From: Somniosus microcephalus
Lineage: Eukaryota
Length of the DNA stretch: 64,000 bases
Reading direction: 5' to 3'
Assembly (NCBI GenBank): GCA_052327205.1
Contig: CM126213.1
Location: forward strand, 86,304,001 to 86,368,000
How positions within the stretch are numbered: the first letter of the stretch is position 1; the number at the start of each line of letters is the position of its first letter. Positions 36,201 to 49,722 of this stretch are shown in pieces. The notes below the pieces were generated by a model. The model was not told where the DNA came from. It searched no databases and saw nothing but the letters and a program-made list of their open reading frames with translations. The translations under genes were made by a program, and so were the position numbers.

Positions 36201-39200
36201 AGTTGAACGGCATTTCAGTGCAACACCAATCCTGAATTTGCCCACTCTTTTATTTTCGCATGTAAATGTTCCCAGAATCCCCAAATATTTAATGGAAACA
36301 ACCCAACAGCGAGCAAAACATTCCATTATCTAATTGTTTATATTAAGCGAACACTATAGGATATGTGGGAAATTGATGCCTGAGTAAATATTGTCTGTTT
36401 AAACAAAAGTGCTCTTTAAAAGGGTGCCCATTAACTGACATCTCCTGTGCTAAAAATGGCAAGTGACGGAGCTTGCTTCATGAATATTTCCCCTTCTGTT
36501 GTTTTTTGTATCCCTGTATCACATTGTTTCCGGTTGAGAAAGAAGATGGGCAATCTTCTCCCTGGTAGCCAGTGCTACTTCATAATCATCTGTTACAAGG
36601 TGCAGAAGACTGCACAGGATGACTTAACCACTTATTTTTCTTTTTTAGTTTCTTATTAAAGCAATTTAAGTTTATAAAAGATATAATTTTATATGTACTG
36701 TATGTGTTTATTGAGCTGCTTGCAGCAGCTGTGTGCAACCACTCTGTTGTAATCCCTGCTGTGAATAAGATTCACTTCTTGCGATTGACTCCCATCTCTA
36801 CATTATGGAGTATTTAAGAACAAGGAAACACTGGGAGCAGGCCAGCTTATTTCTGGTTTTGCTAACTGTCTCCATCTGTGTGTCTAGTTTTGTTACAGCC
36901 TTTGGCACACTTTGCAAGGTGGTGTAGCTGTGGCCTAATCATATGGTCCACATCAAATCTGTGAAATTTTGATCCGTTTGTGACATTTCCACGTACATAA
37001 AATTAGTTTTGTTATGGGTATTGTAATATTTGTGGTTGCTGTACCAATGTTTACTATCAGATAATCTCAAGGATCTAGTTACAACATGGAATAAAGGGGA
37101 GGCGAATCAGTATGGAGTCTGTAGGACTTTTATTCATCAGACCATCCTACAATAGATTTTTTTTTTGTGTTTCACCTAAACTAAGTTAATCGGAGCTGAA
37201 TTTAAACTGCTGGAATAGATCTTGTTCCACTTCTGATTTGACTTAATTTCCAACTGTGAGTATTAAGACAAACACTTTCAAAAAAGTGTTGACAATGATG
37301 AACCTGCCTTTTTAATTTCTGGAATATTTAAAACTACAATACAAATTTAATACTGTTACTTTGTGCCAGATGATGAAATGGTGCTAGAACATGAGGTTAT
37401 GTTTTAAAAATGCACAATAATTTCACAGAATAAATAGGCAGGGATTGAAAAACACAATTGTTAGCTAGTCTTTTGTGCATTCTGTTGCTGATTGAAACAC
37501 ATTTGCTGGTATTTTTCTACAATTTGTATAAAATATTCACTTAGTTTCTGTATGTGTTATATTAGGTTGTTCTCACTTTTGTCACTTGTTTTGTTGCTGA
37601 ACATGTAGATATTTTGCAGTGTAGCTTGGTGCATGTTTTCCATGCTAACGGCAAGCCCTATGTGATTGAAAACTCTGGAACAACGAAAGGAATGTGGACA
37701 CAGATGGAATTAACTATGCTTGACTGGTTACTGGACTAGACAGTCATGTGATGTAGCCTTCATTCCCAGTGGCGTTCCTGAAGGAACAGTTGTTATTGGT
37801 ACATGTTACACGTCTGTGCTGCTGTAAGTCGGAGAAACAATCCTCTACTGTCATCAAGCTCCCTCCATTGAGCAGAGATGAATGTCTTCTTACAATTCCT
37901 GCATTGTACAGTAATCCACAAGTGTGCATAGTAATCTATTTGAAGAATTTTTTCCTAGGGGCTGTTGCAATCAAGATTACCATTGGTATATGCCAGTGAT
38001 ATTTAGGATCATCTTCTGTAGAGTAAGAATGATGGTGTAATAACTACTACAAATGATTCATACATTTATGTGAATACATCAATATTTGTGTACATGTTTG
38101 TGAGTTTACTTACAATTTCTACCAATGTACAAGATGTAAAAACATAATATATTACTTTGGAAACCTTGTAGGCAATATGTAAAAATATATTTTTTGCAAT
38201 TTTTAAATTTTTTTTACTAAAACATTTCTATAGCGAACATTTTCTTTAATTTATTGAACTTGCACATCTTTGGTGTCTATATGGATTTCAAAGCTTTCAT
38301 TTGAAAGAACTGCACTTTTCATGCAGTGTAAACTGTAAATAACTAAAATACGAAGAAATAATACTTTTAACTGGAAAAAAGTGTTCAGCGACGGTGAAAT
38401 GATTGGTCACACCCTTCTCAAATGGGAAAAAGAGTTATTTAAAGGTGCATTTTATGTTCCATTTATAAATTATTTATAGAAAGAATAAAACCAAATCATA
38501 TATTGCATCAAAGGGTCACAACTCCAGTAGTGAGAGTATGTATCATACATTTCAGAGCTCTGGATTTGGTCATTTGAATGTGCACAAACAAAACAGAAAA
38601 GGTTCCTACTTAGATTCAAAGTTAGCCTTAAGTTAAAGCATTTAAAACAGATATATTATCCAATTGGAAGTATTATTCACAAATCATTTCAATGTTAATT
38701 GATGCTTCTGAGGGCTCGCACGTCTGCATAGTGACAGAAGAGAAACCGAATAGCAGCTCCTTTGTGACTGTCATGCTGCAAAGACTAATTCTGTCGTGGC
38801 TTTATTTTTAGCTGCTCTATATTCTGGCAGCTGCTGTGCCTCTCATTTAAGTAGGCTTTTATTACTGTGGCATGTGAGTAGAATACCGCACAGTCTGAGA
38901 AATTGATTATTCTGCAGAATGATGCAGCGGAGGTTCGAGTGCAGGATGGCTGAGTGTTGAATTTCAAAGATGGCTTTGCTGAATTGGCACACAGATTTAA
39001 TGGCTGACCCCTGCTATTTTGCTTCTCTTGACACACTAAATATATCGTGTGGCAGTTGCAAATGGGTAGTTGGTTGGTAGAAAGGAATACTGTTACATTT
39101 GTTTGGGAGTTGGGTAGTGCTGGTGGTTGCACAACACTTTTGAACGCTGTCCTCCTGCGTATAAAGAAACAGACGCAAATATACTTATATTGCATAATGA

Positions 39201-40186
39201 GGATTGCTACAGGGTTTAAATAGTGTTGGTGATTGAACTACTGCATATAAATATTAGCAAATAATGTTAGTGCAGTAAAATGTACTGATACCTGCACTGG
39301 CTACTGTGTTCATTAATATTATCACCAAGATTAATTAATTCATAGAAATTTTTGTCTTCATTTCTGTTACCAGACAGTCCCTCTTAAAAGTATTACACGG
39401 AAATGCATGACCATGGTTGTTTTTGCCTGATCTGGATTTGAGATAGAGCACCAGCTAAAAATACCAACACATTTCTGCTGTATCATATACCAGCTGGGGA
39501 ATCTAATCTGGGAAAGTGTGATTTAATTCCCTGGGGCTAGAACATGGGAAGCAGACTTCTTCAGAGCTTTCATTTCAGTCGCCCTGTCTGAAAACCTTGT
39601 AAATTCAGCAAAAGCCATTGATTTAGGGTATTCTTGCAAGAGTAATTTCTATAGATTTAATCTCTTTTCTGATTCATAATTTATTGATGGTGAAGGGAAT
39701 TTAGGGGAAAAAGGGTCTGAATGTCTTTAGTGTGATCATTTCAGAGAATAGTCTAAGGGTTATTTGCTTTTTTTATGAACGTTATATTGGTTTACATTGC
39801 TGCAGTTGTACATTGTGTTGATGGAATTTGCAGAAGCATGCATTGTCTGTTGCTGTAGTTGTACGTACTGGGATAGTTGGGTTTTGTGCTTCAGAATTGT
39901 AGTCTTTGTTTCTTTGCAACACAAAGCTAACACAATGAAAGGATTCGGATAAAAACACATCTGTGGGAACTTGCAGTCCCACTGTAATTATTTCTCTGGG
40001 TTGTATGTTCTGTACTTTAACTCTTTCACTGACTAAAATCTGACTCAGATTTTGTAGAAGTATTTGCATCTGTATTCTGTTTTGTATAGTTGATTAGCTT
40101 TGTATGCTTTTGTGTAAGTTATAAATGCAGCAAATTAAAAAAATATATATATATATATATATATTCAATCTAACTAATATTCATAT

Positions 40187-40924
40187 TGGCCAGGAACCTG
40201 CGTTGAGAATAATGGTGAGGCTAACGGCGCTCACTGTTGTTAGAGTAAATCGGACAGCCGGGGTACACACATGAGCAGTTAAACGTGGAAATCCGGGAGT
40301 TGCGGTTCAAGTCACCCTACTCTTCCGCAGGCTGTGCTACACCAGTACTTCACTGATAGACTCAGCATTGAAATCCACGTAAGGGCGTGAAGTTGCGGTA
40401 CTTATCCACTAGTTACCCGCTAAACACGGCAGAAAAAGTTAGGGCTGGTACATTCAGGTGTTAGTGAATTTTTAACGGTGTGATAATTCATAATTACTGC
40501 CGAACAACCTCTCTGGCACTGAAGAATTACTTTCACAAGAATGGAGTCTCATTCCTTCAGAATTGAATTAGTGCTGGAGATTTTTTTTAAATGTAATTTA
40601 TTTACTTTTTCTGTCTCTTTTATCTCTCTCTTAATCCCATCTTTCCCTCTTTTTATTTTGCTTTCTATACATAATTTAAATTAATTTATACTTCCTGGTT
40701 TAGACTCTGCGTGTCTCAGTGAATATTCTTCTGATTGGTTGAAGAGACACGCTGTTTCTTATCCTGCCCACACATGCCACAGATCCTCTGTAGAAGGCGC
40801 CGTGCTGGATCAGACACCCAATGACAGCAAGTCTCTGCTAAAAGCTCGTGAAAACTGTGGGCAGCTGTCAGCGTAGTGAACGGCAAGCGCCTTTCCTTCG
40901 CCGCAGATCGCAAAACCTAAGCCA
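40187..40924 (+). mobile_element. Harbinger-like non-autonomous element, full-length but with degenerate TIRs
   Basis: Ends TGGCCAGGAACCTGCG ... CGCAAAACCTAAGCCA; the right end resembles the reverse complement of AGGCCCAGATTTTGC at 18441. CpG-rich and collinear with the 18441 copy. Confidence 0.75.
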
Positions 40925-43900
40925 GTATAAGTGCGGAGTTGAAAGTAGTGGTTTACACTTTCTGTGAGTAACAGCCAGATGGAACCTAACATCATTTGTA
41001 ACATCAATTACATCACGGGTATGATCACCATATGCTTAACTTTGTTATTTAAATAGTAAGTGTGCCCAAAAAGCAGAAACTAGGCAACAAAATAATTTTC
41101 AAACAAGTAAAACATTATATTCGTTCATGTATTGTATTAATAGAATACAAGCTGGGAGTGAGTAACTTAAATAGAGACAGAAGAAAACAAATAACTTGTG
41201 TCACTGCTGACATCACTCAGTCCCAGTTGCAGTGCTCAAGAAGCAAGCAGCAGGTGCCCCTCAGTCGTTTATCTCCCGTAAGCTGCCAAATCCTTGATAT
41301 ATATTCTGTATTTATAAGTTGACTTTACAGGGGAGGCCTGGTGGCTTGAGCTGTGGAGCTTTGGACCCCAGCCAGATAATCACAAGCTTGAATCCCAGGC
41401 TTGGTTGATATTCAATCTCTTCTGCCTTTGTTGGTTCAAATTTGATCAGTTTTCGTTCTGGTTGCTGAATGAAGCTTAGTTGATGTCAATAAATCACAGA
41501 GCAACAGGAACAGCAGACATGAACATGTCTGCATCCCAGAGTATCATGTGCTGGCTCAAGGAGGAAGTGTGGCATTGGACAACAGCAGTTGGCTATTGCA
41601 GATGTTCAAGCATATGTAAAGTCATATTGCATTGTTGGTTGCATCCCAGGGGTATTTGTTTTTTTGCAATGTTTACATGGTCTTCCTCAGTTTCTGCCAA
41701 TGATCTACCTCGGTAACACATCTCATTAAATACAACAAGCACAAAACAAAAAAATGCCGACTGATAGTTGTACATACGCTACCATCTGCGGTATTTAGTT
41801 AGCAGCAATTTGCAGAAAGATAAATACTTATTACTGTATATTTGAAGATTACTCGTAGAGGTCAGCTTGTGCACTTGGTTGAAGAATGGATTGAGTTTGG
41901 ATTCAGTGCTGATTCAGTCAAAAGAGGAAGAAGTAGATGCTTGAAATTTACAGAGAGAAGGAATATGAACATGAGTGAATTGAACAATGGAGTTCAGATG
42001 GCAGAAAAATTGGTATTCCGATAGCTTACACAGTGAGTGTTCTGTGAGGGAGCTTGGCTTGAGGCCAAGGACACAGAAGATAGTGAATTTAATTTTCTAT
42101 TCCAGTAAGGAAAATCGAAGAATTAGTCACCTGGTAAGGACTCGTTTCCTAATTCTCAATCTTATCTTGTTTCTTAAATGTTGACACCACCTTTTTTTTT
42201 CTCCCGCCCGCACCCCCCCCCCCCCCCCCCCCCCACTGAAGTGACTAAAGGGGCAAGTGTGCCAGGTGCTGAATGAAAGACGCATAATTCACACAAAGAA
42301 GAAAACAGTGAAATCTAATATTAAGGAAAAATTAACAAGACCACAATTGTGCAAAAATAAAGGGAAAAATATATATTTGTTAGGGACACATTTGCCTCTC
42401 CTGCCTTGGGGAATGTTGGACAAATAAAATGTGGAGCTGCCTCTTATTTTCTTTTGAGATCCCTGGTTGAATTAGGAATTAGGCATTGTATTGAAATACA
42501 CCTAAAAGTGGCATGGAACAACTGCTAAAAGAGATGATATGTGATAGAAAGTCCCAAATGCAAACTTCAGATACCAGTATAAAGTTCATAGGTACATTTT
42601 ATTCTTGATATTTTTGCTGTGAAGCCCTGGAATACCAGGAACATCTTAACATTTTAAAACTAACAGTATGTGTGTATTTTTGCTATTAAGGTTCAATATC
42701 TACGCAACAGTAAAGATGGCTGAAAAAGGTTTGAATTTCATATTTTGACTGTGTAATTTTTAACACTTGATGTATAAGTGGGTAGACATAAAATCAAGAT
42801 ATAAAATTCAAAACTGAAGTCTTGCCTAGAGACAGAAGCATATTTTGGAACAATGTCAAATATATTTGTCCTTAAGTAATGTTATTTTTTGCTAGGTTGC
42901 AGTATTGACTAAACAGCCTGTGAAATTTACCAATTGGTTATTTTTCTTTACCGTTTATAGAAACCCCAATCGAAATATAGCATTTCTCACAAACAGATTA
43001 TTTATGTCCCTGGATTCAGCCATGTTCAGTTTAAACAGGATCTTAATTAGGGAGGCTATTATTGCTGAACCTGTCTGTGATGCTAGGCAAAATTAATGAT
43101 GAGGCCCTGGATCCCCCCCCCCCCAACCCATTTCTTAGCACTGTCACTGGTTAGTGCTTGAATGAGCAAACAGCTGTTCTTATAATGGAAAATACTATTC
43201 AGGTAAACAAGTCAAGGAAGCTCAATGCCTCGCTGTGAAATACGATTTTGTTTCCACATGAAGTAGAAACTGTGAATGTATTAGTTAGTTTCATGGATGG
43301 AAATAATGAAACATATTTTACGGAAATGAAACGTATTGGGTTTCTGCTTCTTGTACTTGTTGTATTATCAAGGTTTCTGAAAATATTTTTTTTATTAAAG
43401 CTAGAAAACCATTGCAGGCTAAGCTGTTGTGACAATCTTGTACCAATTGTGGGAAATATTTCCAAAATTGCTACTGATGTAAATATCATTAAATGAAATT
43501 CCTGCAGTCTTTTCATCTGTGTGATTGCTAGTTTTAAAATATTATTATAGTTAAAGGGGGAGGTAAATCTAGGCCTCGCACTTTTTATTCTAAGTGTGCT
43601 CCGATCTTATACTGAAATATTTTTTTAAAATAAATTTCAAACGTACTTCCTCGTGGGTTATATGTGAGCTTGGGCTTCTAGCCCTGCTCAGCTGCTGTGT
43701 GACATCTCAACTGGGCATGTCCAGACTAACTGCGTAGAAAACATCGGCAGCCGCAACTTCAGACTAACTTGAGGGCTGCTTCAGAACCATGGTACCCTCA
43801 GCAATCATGCTATTTTCTGTGAAATCTGCATGTCCAGGCAGTAGCATGGTTTCCTAAGGTCTCAATTCCAGAGAGGTTCTCGGGCCAGTAAGTCATGACC

Positions 43901-44296
43901 CCCATTGTTTTCAAAGGAAATTCTCATGGATACGTGCCTTCAGTGACATCAAGAAGTGACTTTGCAGGAAGGGAGGTCTGACTTCATGTGTCTCCCAGTG
44001 GTATTGAGATTGATAGTTGTAATAAGGTGTGTCAAGATTTTTGTATATAATTTTTACTGTATAAAGTGGAGAAGTTAGTATCCTTCCCCACCTTGAATTA
44101 AAATCACTTCTACACAACTTACTTTCCCACATGAGCTTAAATTCTGAATTTAACAAACATTTATGAAATTCTGAATTCCTGAATCAGTACTTCCCCACTC
44201 TCTGATTTAAGATTATAATAAAGATGCAAATAGGCTTATTCATGTAAAGTTATTTGGATTATAGTAGTAAACCAATGAATATGTAAACGTTGAAGC

Positions 44297-44730
44297 CTAG
44301 TTAGCACGGTTGGTTAGCACACTGTTCTTTCATTTCAGGGACCTCAATGTGGTCTAGAATGATGGGTTGAAAGTCTTTCTCTGTCCACTGAAGGGTTCCA
44401 CATGAAATGAATTTTAGTCGCCTCAACCCAGTTCCAAGTGGGTGTGGGCCCACACCATAAAACTGCCCTACATTAGCAGTCTCACTCAAAAGTACCATGA
44501 GGAAAGTTGATGTAGGAAATAGACAATATCAATTGGTACAGTAAGGAGTGCTCTTCTGAGTTTGATGTTAAAACACATTGGTGGGGGCAGAGTAGAGGGG
44601 ATCTTGACTGTTTCTAACAGTGATGTACTTGGCCTGGAAGTGCTTGAAGCTGATTCTTGGTGCTCAAAATGGAAAAATAGGTTCTATTCCCAGTATTGGC
44701 AACCTCCATTTTGATGTGTATAAAAAAAGT
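44297..44730 (+). mobile_element. LF-SINE-like element (copy B)
   Basis: ATGAAATGAATTTTAGTCGCCTCAACCCAGTTCCAAGTGG..CCCACACCATAAAACTGCC..GCAGTCTCA..GTTAAAACACATTGG..GGGCAGAGT; homologous to copy A. Confidence 0.65.
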
Positions 44731-46684
44731 AGCCATATTATTTGTTGATATACACAGGCATTGTGAGCAATTTTGCTCTAAATTTAAGGTATAATGTTTA
44801 TTGAAAAATACATTGCTTTTCAAAAGCTTAAGATAGCCACTTTGTACCAAAATATTCTTTAGGATGGTCCTTTTTGAATAATAGTAAATGGTCCTGAGAA
44901 ATTCTTTCATGTTTTTGGAATGTCTGCAGGATACTACAAGAGCTTGTACACATCTGGTATCTGGCAGGATGTAACAAGTGCCAAATAGTTTAAATTTTTT
45001 AAGAAAGGTTCAGCTTAGTCAGGAAATGGTTAACTGCTGCTTGAGACTGTATGTTTGGAATATAGCTACAGATTCTCCGATCAGTTTGGACCTATTCCCA
45101 ATTGAAAATTGCTAGAGTGTTAAATGTTGAGAAAAATGGTTAGAGTGTGATAACTGATGATGCTGTTGAAATGATCATACAGGAGGAGTATGTTGCTGTA
45201 GCCTGTAGCATTTAGATATTAAACATTGTAATTTCTTTTTGGCTGTCTCCAATGTGCTCTCCATGACGTGTCCAGTATTGTACTCTACAAATTTTCACAT
45301 TCTAATGGTTCTAATTTTGTAACTTTTTTGTTTAGATTTTTGTTTTTAAAACACACAATGAAAGTTATAGATTTGACTCCTGTATCATTGAATGTATTGT
45401 TGCTTCTGGCAACCAGCCCTTCAGAAAGGATTGATTTATTCAGGAATGCAAGGGTACAAGAGCTCCAGCAAGGGCACTAGATAATTAACTTCTCATGTAC
45501 CAAAGTTTGTTTTGAACCGTGCTACTAAAAGTACCATTTGCACTACTGTATTTATTTTCTTATATAACTTACTGATTCTGATAATTGTACACAATAGAGC
45601 TGGATGTAAATGGGAGTTAGTATCCTTTTCCACTGAAAGGTACAAATACGCGAGTGGGTTATTACATTCCATTTGCATTAGTTGCAGCTTTATGGCAAAC
45701 CATTTACAGACAATGATGTCAGCAATCTCTTTCAATGCCTGGGGCTTCTTGACTGGTAATGTGTGCAATCTAAAGCATTCCATTTTGGCAGATAAGCTGC
45801 TCAGGGCTAAGGCAGTGCTTCCTGGCTTCTTTGAACATAAACATGGGGAGTGAAGGCTTTTTTTTCTCTCTTTAATAGTTTAAAAAGATGGTTATAATTT
45901 ATTACATTTGCCAATTTATTTTCCTATTTCCCTCCTTTTAAGTTCCTGGGTTACTATAGTAACGTTCAATGGGTAACCAAGATGGAAAACACTGTGTATG
46001 ACATTGTACTTTTATTAGTAAATATATAACAAGATATAAGGACATTTGAATACTTGCACGCCACTGTATATAAGGAAAATTTATGCATGCAACTGCAGTC
46101 AAATAAATTCTATTTTACAATTTAATCACTGATGTAGGACCTAGAGCTATTCTTTATTGCCAGCTTTCTGACAGAGTTTCATGTATCTTCATTTAAGCAA
46201 AACAATAAAGTCCCAAGTATGTATAAAAACATTTTTTTCAGAACAGAAATATTTGACCTAACTACATGTACTTTGTTCAAGATGGATAATACAGATGATC
46301 AGGGATGTACAGTACAAGCCTGTTTTCAAACCCTGTTTTTGGCCCCAAGGTGGACAAAAAACTATTCTTAGACATCAGTTTGGGTCATTGAATACTGCCA
46401 GGACAGCATTCAGGTATATTTTGTGAGTCAGACTTTACAGATGAATGACAATCTCATACTAGGACATAGCCAAGGAGTGGTAGCTTTTTTCAGAAAAGGA
46501 AATATGTATGCAATTTGGATCAGAGGATGCAACCATATTAAGTTTCTAAAGGGAATTTCATCTATTTGTCTGCACTATTTTTCCAAATGGAGGAAGCCTG
46601 TTGTTTTTTTCTACCGAGAGCCTTTCAAATATGTTACAATGTTGACAAATGACATTTTCATTTTGTGGTTCAGGCATTTTGCTG

Positions 46685-46750
46685 GTCAATTAGGGATGGG
46701 CAATAAATGCTGGTCTTGCCGCAGACGGCCACATCCCAGGAACGAATAGA
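46685..46750 (+). mobile_element. 3' tip of the LINE family seen at 49975-51530
   Basis: CAATTAGGGATGGGCAATAAATGCTGG...CACATCCC matches the reverse complement of 49980-50030. Confidence 0.75.
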
Positions 46751-46799
46751 AGAAAATTGCAAGTGCAAAAGAAAGCGAAAACCTCAGGACCCTACATTT

Positions 46800-47087
46800 T
46801 AGAATCATAAACATTTTCAGTACAGAAGACGGCCATTCGGCCCATTGAGTCTGTGCTTGCTGAAAAAGAGCTATCCAGCCTAATCCCACTTTCCAGCTCT
46901 TGGTTCGTAACCCTGTAGGTTACAGCACTTCAAGTGCATATCCAAGTACTTTTAAATGTGATGAGGGTTTCTGCCTCTACCACCCTTTCAGGCAGTGAGT
47001 TCCAGATCTCCTCCACCTTTTGGGTGAAAAAAGTTCTCCTCGACTCCCCTCTAATTCTTCTACCAGTTACTTTAAATCTATGCCCCT
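46800..47087 (-). mobile_element. CR1 LINE 3' fragment
   Basis: Reverse-complemented CR1 tail GGCCATTCGGCCC...ACCACCCTTTCAGGCAGTGAGTTCCAGA, similar to 14750-14940. Confidence 0.85.
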
Positions 47088-47665
47088 ACTTGGAGTAGCT
47101 AAATACTTGGAGTAATAGATTGCCTGTTATTCAACAGTTAAGTATTATGTACTGGTAGCTATTTGGAATGAAGTGTAGGTGAGATCAAAACTAGGTATAA
47201 CATAGTAAATTGAGGACCACTCACTTAGATTACTTATCCGCTCTCTCCATGTATTACATTTTCTAGATGTGTATAATTCTTTAAGAATTTGAGCTTTCAA
47301 AATGCAGCAGTAAAATGACAATGTTAACTCCAAATTCAATATAAAGTGAGTACTGGCTTTCTTGTGCTCTTCTAAATACTGTAGCACCATAAATTCTGAA
47401 AATTATTGGTTTTGTTGAAATGAGGCAGAAATACTGCCACATTGTCTTTAAAATATGTGAAAGCTGAAAGGAAAAGGTATGGAATGTTAGCTAGTCAATC
47501 AAATTCAGTAGTTAAGTGAACGATTGTCACAAATTAACCAGTACAGATTTCCCTTGCATAATCATTTAGCTTTAGAATTCTTCTGTGTAATGTTTTCACA
47601 GGGTGTCCACTCATAGTTTTATGCTGGGTCCACAGAACGGTGGGTTTTATGCTGGGTCCACAGAA

Positions 47666-48020
47666 GGGCAGCACGGTGGCATAGTGGTTAGCACTGTTGC
47701 CTCACAGCACCAGGGACCCGGGTTCGAATCTGGCCTCGGGTGACTGTCTGTGTGGAGTTTGCACATTCTCCCCGTGTTTGCGTGGGTTTCCTCCGGGTGC
47801 TCCGGTTTCCTCCCACAGTCCAAAGATGTGCGGGTTAGGTTGATTGGCTATGATAAATTGACCCTTTGTGTTAGGGGGATTAAATACGTGGGGTTACGGG
47901 GATAGAGTGGGATATGTGTTGGTGTAGGGGTTACGGGGATCGGGTGGGATATGTGTCGGTGCAAGCTCGATGGGCCGAAATGGCCTCTATCTGCACTGTG
48001 GGGTTTCTGTGATTCTGTGA
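47666..48020 (+). mobile_element. HE1-type V-SINE (elasmobranch tRNA-derived SINE)
   Basis: A box TGGCATAGTGG, B box GGTTCGAATC; V-domain TGTGTGGAGTTTGCACATTCTCCCCGTG..GGGTTTCCTCCGGGTGCTCCGGTTTCCTCCCACAGTCCAAAGA; CR1-type tail GGGCCGAAATGGCCT. Confidence 0.92.
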
Positions 48021-48479
48021 ACTCCGCTACATAAAATCGGTGTGCAGTCAATAGTAGGTGTTGCATAGTCATCTGAAAACTTCTATGGAAATAATTAAGT
48101 AGTGTTTGAAAGCAACTCTAGAAATACCATTGGTTGCCTGAGAACGCAATAAGCACCACCTGGATGCCTTAAGGTACAAATTCAAACGTATCTGTTTCAG
48201 CAATTAGGTTAGCTATTTTAATTTGTTTTAACCCTAGTCTGAATATAGTTTTTGTTTACCCTATTTCACGAACATGAAGTCATCTCTAAGAACTTTTAAA
48301 CTTTTATATTACCAGTATTAAAGTTTAAAAAAAAAAAAATCCATATTCTAAATATTATTAATTAATGTTCTCCCTTTTACTGTAAGTATTAACTTCTTGC
48401 TGGGGTGCAGGTATGTGGCAACAAGGTGTCCACCAATACTTTACTTTATGTGCGAGCCTAGGCACTGAGAGGCAAGAGG

Positions 48480-48730
48480 CTCTTGAATTTACCATCACAG
48501 CTGAGCCCAGTTCTGCACACTTCCAGCAGGGGTCATTGAATAGCAATCAAGAGCTGGAACCCTGTCCAATTTTCCCCTCCCAATCAGGGGTGCTGAGGCC
48601 AATTATAGCACTACTACTTCCTCCAGAGCTAAGATCGGCTAACTTAACACTGATCAGGGAACAAACCAGGGACTCTCCTAGTCTGTACAGCTCACCTACA
48701 TACTGGAAAAACTTGCTGCACCATTGGAGT
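48480..48730 (-). mobile_element. Old tRNA-derived SINE
   Basis: Collinear with 58260-58560 (CACACTTCCAGCAGGGGTCA.., GCTAA.T.A.CAC.GA.CAGG, ..GCTCA.CTACA). Confidence 0.55.
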
Positions 48731-48754
48731 AGCCCAGAATGCTTCATCACAATG

Positions 48755-49345
48755 AAGAACAACAAAAACTTGCATTTATATAGCAACTTTAACATAGTAA
48801 AATGTTCGAAGGCGCTTCATGGGAGTATTATGAAACAAAATTTGACACCGAACCACATGAGATATTAGGACAGAAAAGCTTGGTCAAAGAGGTAGGTTTT
48901 AAGGAGTGCCTTAAAGGAGGAGAGAGAGGCGGAGAGTTTTAGGGAGGGAATCCCAGAGCTTAGAGCCTAGGCGGCTGAAGGCATGTCTGCCAATGGTGGA
49001 GCGATTAAAACCGGGTATGCGCAAGAGGCCAGATTTGGAGGAGTGCAGAGATCTGAGGGTTGTAGAGCTGGAGGAGGTAACAGAGATGGGGAGGGGTGAG
49101 GCCATAGAGGGATTTGAAAAGAAGGATGAAAATTTTAAAACTGAGTTGTTACCAAACCGGGTGCCAATGTAGGTCAGCAAGCACAGGGGTGATGGGTGAG
49201 TGGGACTTGGTGCGAGTTAGGATATGGGCAGTAGAGTTTTGGACATGTTGGCACAGGCTCGACGGGCCAAATGGCCTCCTTCTATGCTGTAACCATTCTA
49301 TGATTCTATGTAGGGTGGAAAATGGGAGACCAGCCAGGAGAGGAT
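48755..49345 (-). mobile_element. L2 LINE 3' fragment with a ~65-bp CR1/HE1 tail inserted at ~49245-49310 (+)
   Basis: Tail CTTGCATTTATATAGC; minus ORF HSPITPVLADLHW and AFSRLGSKLWDSLP. Insert GGCTCGACGGGCCAAATGGCCTCCTTCT...ATTCTATGATTCTATG. Confidence 0.85.
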
Positions 49346-49349
49346 TGGA

Positions 49350-49722
49350 AGTGTAATCAGACAAAAATTGATACCAAGCCAAGAAGGAAATATTAGGAGG
49401 GGTAACTCAAAGCTTGGTCAAAGAGGTAGGTTTTAAGGAGGGCCTTAAAAAGAGGGGAGAGGTGTGAAAATGCAGAAAAGTTTAGGGAGGGAATTCCAGA
49501 GCTTAGGGCCTGGCCAGCTGAAGACTCAATGATAGAAGTGCAGCGAGTGGGGGATTCTCGAGGCCAGAGTTGGAGGAACGCAGAGCCTGGTGGAGGAGGT
49601 TACAGAGTTATGGAGAGATTTGAACATGAGAATGAGAATTTTAAAATTGAGGCATTGGTGGACCGAGAGCCAATGTAGGTCAGTGAGCACGGGTGATGGG
49701 TGAATGGGACGGCGCGAGTTAG
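49350..49722 (-). mobile_element. Second L2 3' fragment in tandem
   Basis: Repeats AAAGCTTGGTCAAAGAGGTAGGTTTTAAGGAG..TTTAGGGAGGGAAT.CCAGAGCTTAG..CCAATGTAGGTCAG from the previous copy. Confidence 0.85.

Noticed and set aside
42214-42234. Poly-C tract (also the (TA)n at ~40143 and several poly-A runs)
   Set aside because: Ordinary simple repeats.
45493-45853. Opposed ORFs of 96 and 113 aa
   Set aside because: No recognisable motif or convincing splice signals; could be non-coding constraint but unsupported.
47666-47740. tRNA gene
   Set aside because: The A/B boxes belong to the HE1 SINE head, which continues into the V-domain.
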